The position numbers were made by a program, and so were the translations under genes. Positions 57,580 to 64,000 of a stretch of DNA of 64,000 nucleotides are shown here, piece after piece (the stretch's first letter is position 1; each line of letters starts with the position of its first letter). The DNA is taken from assembly GCA_964187785.1 (NCBI GenBank), contig OZ076413.1:47184001-47248000 (forward strand), written 5' to 3'. The DNA is from Amphiscolops sp. MND2022 (taxonomy: Eukaryota). The notes under the pieces are model-generated. The model was not told the DNA's origin. It saw only the letters and a program-made list of their open reading frames with translations, and searched no databases.

Positions 57580-59560
57580 CTCACCTTGCAAAGGTTGAAG
57601 TTTTGGCTCAATTTCAACATCATAGCAGACTTTTTTCATACGTGAGGCGATTGTGTCGCGAATTTCGTTGTGTCTCATCTGGGTGTACCCACCTTTGTTG
57701 ATTGGAGGGAACATGAGAGACTGAAAAGCTCTCCACATGGACACAATGCCGCTGTTTTCAGTGGTTCCCACCCATTGCGAAGTGCCAAACCGTCGCGGAA
57801 ATCCATTTTCGACAGATCAAAGTATCATCGTTTGAGTAGCAGCGTGTTAAGCCAGCTTGATGCACCTTTTTCAATTGATAGATCTAGTGCATATTGTTGA
57901 ATATTCATCGAGTTTTTCTTTCAAAACTGATATCTTTTCTTTGATTTTTGCGGACTTTTCTTTTCTAATTTGTTTCACGATTAAAGACTGATGAGCTTTC
58001 GGGTCATCGTCATTGTCTAAACACGATGCCATTTGTCTCGACCAGTTCATTTCTTTTACTCAGTCTTCAGAATGCAGGATGTACTATGTTAAGTCTCCAT
58101 CCTTCACAGGCAAGGAAAAAAAGACCGTTTCTCGTCCGTGATGTCACTTCTGCCAGTTATTGCTGGGATTAGGTTTTCCTCGATCTTTCTTTCCGTTTCT
58201 TCGAGGTTTCCTATGAAACTAGGAGTCGTCCGTGAGAGAAAAGTCACTTTGTTTTGGAACCTTTGGTAGAGCAGTGAACTACATTTTGCGTAGAAACTAT
58301 TGCGTGTTTTGACAACTTCTCTACGATCTGGTTGTATTCATTTTGTTTATAGCTTCTGAACTTGTCACAAGCAGCTTCTGATCCTATTACCGACACGATG
58401 TTCATCAACAATTGCAACGTCTACTATATTAAATAGACTTTGAGCTTGTTTCATGTTTTCGGTTTTTGCAATGATGTTACATTTCCTCAGTGTGTAGCCG
58501 AAAACCGGCCCATGCTTTTTCAATTGTTCGCGGACCATTTAGGTCTTTGAGACTGCCTGTTACATTGCCGTCGTCGGCGTACCACTTTCGAGTGATGTTT
58601 GCTTTTTTGAATCACATCAATCAATGTAAGATAACAATTCCGTGACTAGAGGATTTCGTTGAGTCGTTCCCTCTTGTGATTGCAAGATTTTGCCGTTGAC
58701 GAAACGACGGTGTTTTGTACGAAGTCCTGATAGCTGTTATAATTGAAGGAGATAGTGTTTCGACGTTCCGGAGCGCGAGATCCTTGTTCAGGCTATTAAA
58801 ACGTTCTTCGCATCGATGAGCAAGTGACGTGAATTTCAGGGGTCTCGAACTGTTTCCGGAGGCTATGTATAGCGTGTACGACTCCGCGATTCTAACCGAG
58901 CCAAAGTTGTTGGTTCTTGAAAACTTCTTCGATTTTGCCATTTAGCCACATTCTCAGTCGCCTGATTGTCGTCATGTTCCTCGACGCATCTGGCTCAGAG
59001 GTAGTATTTGCTAAGACTAAATGAGGCATTAGCAATCAGCATATACAGCTATGTTCTCATTGCTTTGTTTCTCTGCAATTGCAGCAAGTACGCGGTCCAT
59101 CGTTTCAACAAACTTATGCCCAGTTTTGTTTTTAGGCAGCGTGTTGAATAGAGGTTTCCAATGAACTACCTGATTATAAAAACCTTCAATTTGGTTTGCT
59201 ATTTCGGGGGTGACTATTGCGCAGAAACCATCCACTGATAGTTCTTCGTTCAGTTCATCAGTCAGGGGTTGTCTCTGTTGTGTGGCGGTGCTCGGGTGAC
59301 TGGTTGAACTGTTCAGTGGTTCGATGGCTGGAGACTTAGCGGCTTCGCTTTGATGTGGTCCTCGGCAGCGTACACAGGTGAAATCTTTGGAGCAGTCTTT
59401 TGCAGCAGACAGACCGCTGCATTTCGTGTGCACGTATCCACATAACGCACACTTACGCCGCGACTACGTAAATGTTGGAGTGCGTTTGATTGCTTAACAT
59501 TATGTAGGGAGAGCTGTCGTGTCAAATATTTGTTTTGATTACATGTAGAAAGAATAAAAT
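57580..59560 (-). mobile_element. CRE-clade non-LTR retrotransposon, 5' part (PHD-like finger, partial RT, zinc knuckle), degraded
   Basis: KCALCGYVHTKCSGL...FTCVRC; FNSLNKDLALRNV; KWYADDGNVTGSL at about 58555-58590; GPVFGY; KGGYTQMRHNEIRD...VEIEPKLQPLQGE. Confidence 0.85.
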
Positions 59561-60056
59561 AAAATTTCAAAACCTGAGAGAAAACTAAATTTCCTAATCG
59601 GGAAAAATGGATGCCGTCTCGGGAAAAGATCTTGTGATCAAAATCACGATTGAAACGAGGTGATATTATAGACAGGCTGAGGGAGCGTAGCAGATTGTAG
59701 AAAGCAAAATTCAGCTGGTTGAATTTTCTATTGACTGACGGCTCATTGGAGGTTGAAGTAGTTTTGGGAATAATGAGGTGACGGGGCTGAAACTTCAGGT
59801 ATTTAAGCTGAATCAGGAACCTCCAATTTTCTTTACATGAAGTAGCTGTATCACGGTGATCATGAAAACCAGCGACAATGATGAGTGTATTGACTTTGCG
59901 CTGCCTGTATCCAGTAACTTTTAGAATGTATCCAGTACGCTTTTGGCAGAGAAAATTGCTTCGATGTAGCTAAACACTTTTGAAAAATAATTTTTGACAA
60001 TTTTTTGCAATTATTGTTCAGCTTTCGTGTTTTTTTGTGGGATTTAGGAATCAGAG

Positions 60057-61790
60057 TGTTACGACTATTTATCGGTGTTGTTTTAGAGTTAGTCGTATTG
60101 TGAATCTTGACGGGAGTAGACGTTCTTGCTACGGAAACGTTCTCTGTTTCGGAGTCAGAATCTTGAGCATTAATGGGAACATTTTGTTTCTTGTTTAAAG
60201 GTGCTATCAGCTTGAGCATTTCCTTTTGGTTTTCTGCAAGTATTTTAGTTAGATCAGACATAATTTCCTTTCTTAGTGACGTTTTTATTTCAGCCAAGTT
60301 CTCTGATTCTATTCTAGAAATTTTGCTGGAACTAGCTACAAGAGTTTCAGGCGGAAAGTTTTCGGTTACAGAGGTTTCGAAATCACCAGAGACCAACTCG
60401 GCTACTGCTTTCCTTTTCTGGCTTCTAGTTGTCATTTTGATCGAGAGAGAGAGAGAAAGTATCTTTGGAAAAGTTGAATTCTTCAAAGATTTAAGTTTTC
60501 TTTTGGATACGTTATAGTAACGGAACAGAACTAATTGTTACAAGGCAAGTCAAAAAACTGTAACTTTACATGTATGTATTACATATTTATACCTTCTCAG
60601 CATCATTTGTTCCTCACCTAAAAATTCCTAGGTATCACAAAAATCAGGTTTGTTCAACAAAAAGCGCTAATGATTCATATCATTTCAGTCCCGCGTCGTA
60701 AAATCAGGCATCAAAATTCCTAGTTGCGTCAGCGTTCCGTAAAATTTGTTGAAATCATTTTTGTTCAGGCAATCCCATTTCCTGTTTAAGTCTCAAAATT
60801 GCGGTAAAACAAAAGTCTAGCTTGCATTTTCATCAGCGTAGGCACGCCGGCATGAACAATTAGTCAACTTTCAATTTGGGAAGCTGAGGTTCGAAGCAAC
60901 AGAATGACACTCAAAAATGGCGACGGAATGACGACGGAATGAATCAATTTGGAAGCGGAGGAAAAACATGGAAATTTGGTATAAAGGAACAAACGATGCT
61001 GAAATTATAATCTCAAATTCAAACATATGAATTACCTGCTAATGGTATGCTATATCGTTTACATTGAACACAAATTAAGTCCGAACGGGACTTTAACGAG
61101 ATACAACAAAGGTGAGCGCAACATATTCGTAATAATAAACGGAAAGCAACTTCAACACTTTGCACAATAATCATGAAATTTATCAAAACATAATCGAAGT
61201 CTGGTCACTAGCCCGATTGTTATTATCATAAAATACAACTGTCACTACTGACTTGAAGCCGATGAATTGACGTTGACCTTACGTCCTATGTTACGATTAT
61301 TATTAAGATATTTTAAGTGCTGTAGTAAATCAAGTAGATTTGTTCCCTTAAGGGGGAACTAAGTAAGGCGTAATGTCAACGTGTTTTAGTGATTTACCAT
61401 GATGATACAAATCCAGAACATAAAATTACCATTGCAATTTTCTATCATTCTTCCTTACAGTACAGTTTCCCTTATGTAAAATCATAACTCTTAAATCTTC
61501 CAAAAGCATCGATTTGAAAGGCTTCTTTTGGATTTCGTTTGAAGCAGTGTTACTCATTTGCGTTTTACTATTCGCTCCGTAGGTGCTACGTATTAAGATT
61601 ATCTATAGCTGAACAGCGGAATACAATTTTACAATCCGCTCCGTAAGTGTTCCGTACGTATTGAGATTGCTTATGGCTGAGCAGCAGTAGCAAGCGGAGT
61701 GGAAACGGAGAGCGTAGGCGGTTCTATTCTCTTCTCTTAGCTAGCAAGCGTTGTTAGGGGCAACCAAGCTTAATCCAACTAATACCGGCA
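60057..61790 (-). mobile_element. Probable solo LTR carrying the start of a gag-like ORF (ATG 60435); right boundary uncertain
   Basis: Protein-like sequence MTTRSQKRKAVAELV...coiled coil...TPINSRN stops being protein-like exactly at a ...CGTAACA terminus (60057). Candidate other end is TGCCGG (61790) with an imperfect TSD CAGAG/CAGAT. Confidence 0.45.
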
Positions 61791-62292
61791 CAGATAATTC
61801 TGCCAACAAACGACGCTATTGGTCCGTAAAAATAGAAACGCCCGTCACCAACTTAGTTGAGTGACGCTGTCATAACGTTGTAAACATTTACTTAAAACCA
61901 CTTGGATGCGGTATTAAGTGGATATTTAACAACTACTTTAATATTGGAATACATTTCCACCATATTTTTGTATGTTCTTTCATTTTAGATTGTATGGACT
62001 CCGTTGGGATCTCGGAGTTGAATATTGTTTTGAATGTTTTTCAATTCAGTGTGAAGCAGGAAAAATGATCCCATTTGCAAGATTATTTAGTATTTAGATT
62101 GGAATGGAAAACTCAGAAGATGAAACCGGAAATAAAACGGCGTTGCGTGTGAAAACATTAGACCGGAAGTTTTAGCTAGTTTAAAGTCATTTCTGAAAAT
62201 ATTCCGTAACGCTTACGTTAGATTCTGTATTCGGAAAATTATCTGCAATCAATTTAGCTGTACTGTAAGTAGAATTTTAGATTAGTTTAAGA

Positions 62293-63207
62293 TTAAATTA
62301 GTTTAGTAAAGTTTACCTCGGCCTTGTCCTCGGCCTCTTCCAAAGCCGGGTATGCCGCTACAGCAATAGAAATTACGACCGGGAGCGGGTCGTGACAGGG
62401 CCCCTCTTGAACCGAGAGACAAAGGTAGAGCGTTGCAGTGTGGGATCTCTTTTCGAATAATGATTGGGGGCGCCCGTTGTGTAGCCGCCTGCCGCGAGCA
62501 AGACCTCTGCCCTCCTTCATCTTGGCTATGAGCTTTTCTTCTTCTTCCATTTCGTGGCCTTCCTTTTCTATTTGCGCCCACACAGCAGGACAAAATTCGG
62601 GTGGCCCACTTGGCTTGCTCGAGTTGCCCAATGTACAGTTGCATTTTTCTTTTCCCTCCGTAGGGGGAACGTTTTCCTTTCTGTGGGGTAATAATGGGGG
62701 CTGTCTGGGGCATTCCATTGCTTTCAGGCCACAGCCACGTCTGGCGGTTGCGGAGAACTGACGGTCTTCTAAATCTAAGTTGTTTAGAGCGTCCAGATCT
62801 GCTAGCGGGGGTTCATTTAGGTCATTCAGCCTGACCGTATTCGGGATTCTTTCATTTCCCAGCAAGGGAATTTTACCTTTCGGAGTGGACGCGGTTTCTG
62901 CCCGAGAGGACTGCTCCTGCGGGGAAGGTGGCTCTTCGTAGTAGTCATCTGTGTCCGAATTGGCTGTTGACAGGTTAAACGTGACTCGCCCGAACTTCTT
63001 TTTCTTTTTGGGGGTGGGCCCAAATTTCTTCGGGGAGTCATCGGAATCAAAGGTAGATTCTAAGTCTGCGTCGCTCCCGCGGTAAACTTCGACCGAGGAA
63101 TCACTTAGAGTTCCTATCGTATTCAGGGGCAGCGTTTTCAGCGGAGTACTCGTGCGATTGTTCTCCTCATCAGAAGAGATGTCAATAACCAGGCTGTATC
63201 CGTTCAT
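62293..63207 (-). CDS. Intronless 304-aa ORF of unknown function, probably retroelement-associated
   Basis: GC-richer than its flanks, ATG in an A-rich context, low-complexity acidic/Pro/Ser N-terminus with VIDISSDEE, PKKKKK and RVTF, and a Cys/His-containing C-terminal part. Confidence 0.7.
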   Translation of the reverse strand: MNGYSLVIDISSDEENNRTSTPLKTLPLNTIGTLSDSSVEVYRGSDADLESTFDSDDSPKKFGPTPKKKKKFGRVTFNLSTANSDTDDYYEEPPSPQEQSSRAETASTPKGKIPLLGNERIPNTVRLNDLNEPPLADLDALNNLDLEDRQFSATARRGCGLKAMECPRQPPLLPHRKENVPPTEGKEKCNCTLGNSSKPSGPPEFCPAVWAQIEKEGHEMEEEEKLIAKMKEGRGLARGRRLHNGRPQSLFEKRSHTATLYLCLSVQEGPCHDPLPVVISIAVAAYPALEEAEDKAEVNFTKLI

Positions 63208-63289
63208 CTTGTTGAGAATTTCAGATTGTTTTATTTCAAGGATTTTCCTTGTTGGTGACGATTGTGCGTTAAGAAAATTATGTTGGTCA

Positions 63290-63515
63290 AGCTTTTATGA
63301 AAATTGGACGACAAATGACCGTTTCAAATTCTTTTCCTTCGTAATTTTATCGAAATTCTATTGGTTGGTTTTTCCGTTTTCGTTCCGGTGCGTCCCGAGT
63401 TAGGAAAAGAAATTTCTTTCATCTGCGCTGTGATTGGTTGAAACTCATAGAAAAGCTTCTAATTTTATCTTCCTTCTTCTTTCTGTTTAATGGCGTAATG
63501 ACGTCATTGATTTTT
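63290..63515 (-). promoter_or_regulatory. Putative Pol II promoter of the 304-aa ORF
   Basis: On the minus strand: palindromic AATGACGTCATT (ATF/CRE site, about 63497-63508), two CCAAT boxes (about 63435 and 63362) and TATA-like CATAAAAG (about 63295) upstream of the ATG. Confidence 0.4.
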
Positions 63516-64000
63516 CTCGAATATTCTACGTTCATATTCCGTAAATTTCAAAATGCCATCTTTTTTTCAGAGCTTCTTGATGAATCTTTTATTCATCTGT
63601 ATGCTTTTTGGAACGTTTTGTCCCGTCACTGCCATAATAGGCTTTCACTGAAGTTGAAGATTAGATGATTTTTCCAATTACGTAGGGATGACGTTGATGA
63701 TTTCTTTTAGGGTGTCAACTTTTACTCGACGCGATTTCTATTTTGTTGATTTCTTTTTCCCTTTTAGATTTCGTTGGCAATCGCTATTGTCATTTTTGGT
63801 CATGAGTGAAAACGCTGTTCCTCCTGATGTCTCTGGTTTTCTCAGTGGGCATGAGACTAACTTCTGCTTCACTGAAGACGACGCTTATCCCTCGGAAACG
63901 GAAGTTATAGTTACTTCTTCAGGTTGGTAAAATCTTTCTGACTTCTTGGGTAGTAGGACTATTTTTGTTTTGGTGATCAGCCTTTTATAGTCTTACCCGT

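Noticed and set aside
61843..61866. Hairpin CGTCACCAACT-T-AGTTGAGTGACG as a Helitron 3' end
   Set aside because: The downstream terminus is CTAT rather than CTRR, and no 5' end was identified.

Overview
AT-rich eukaryotic (metazoan) genomic DNA with GT-AG spliceosomal introns and a high repeat content. Bases 1-9973 are the end of a 127-bp satellite array of about 78 monomers with higher-order duplications. A young full-length BEL/Pao LTR retrotransposon (9974-16745, minus strand, 5-bp TSD, LTRs differing at 1 nt, one frameshift at the start of RT) sits in its last monomer. The middle holds three host genes on the + strand: the 3' exon of a FAM177A-like gene, an 11-exon BOD1/BOD1L1-like gene (about 1390 aa) and a 6-exon EPT1/SELENOI-like CDP-alcohol phosphotransferase whose stop is a TGA at roughly the vertebrate selenocysteine position. 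Many non-autonomous DNA elements with readable TIRs and TSDs are scattered through it (hAT-, Tc1/mariner-, piggyBac-, Merlin-like and Helentron/DINE-like). The right part is nested retroelements: a degraded CRE-clade non-LTR element split by a non-autonomous BEL/Pao-derived LTR element that carries a 1.6-kb internal tandem duplication, then a probable solo LTR containing a gag start, and an intronless 304-aa ORF with SIM, NLS and RVxF motifs. All homology calls come from motif recognition by eye; no searches were run.
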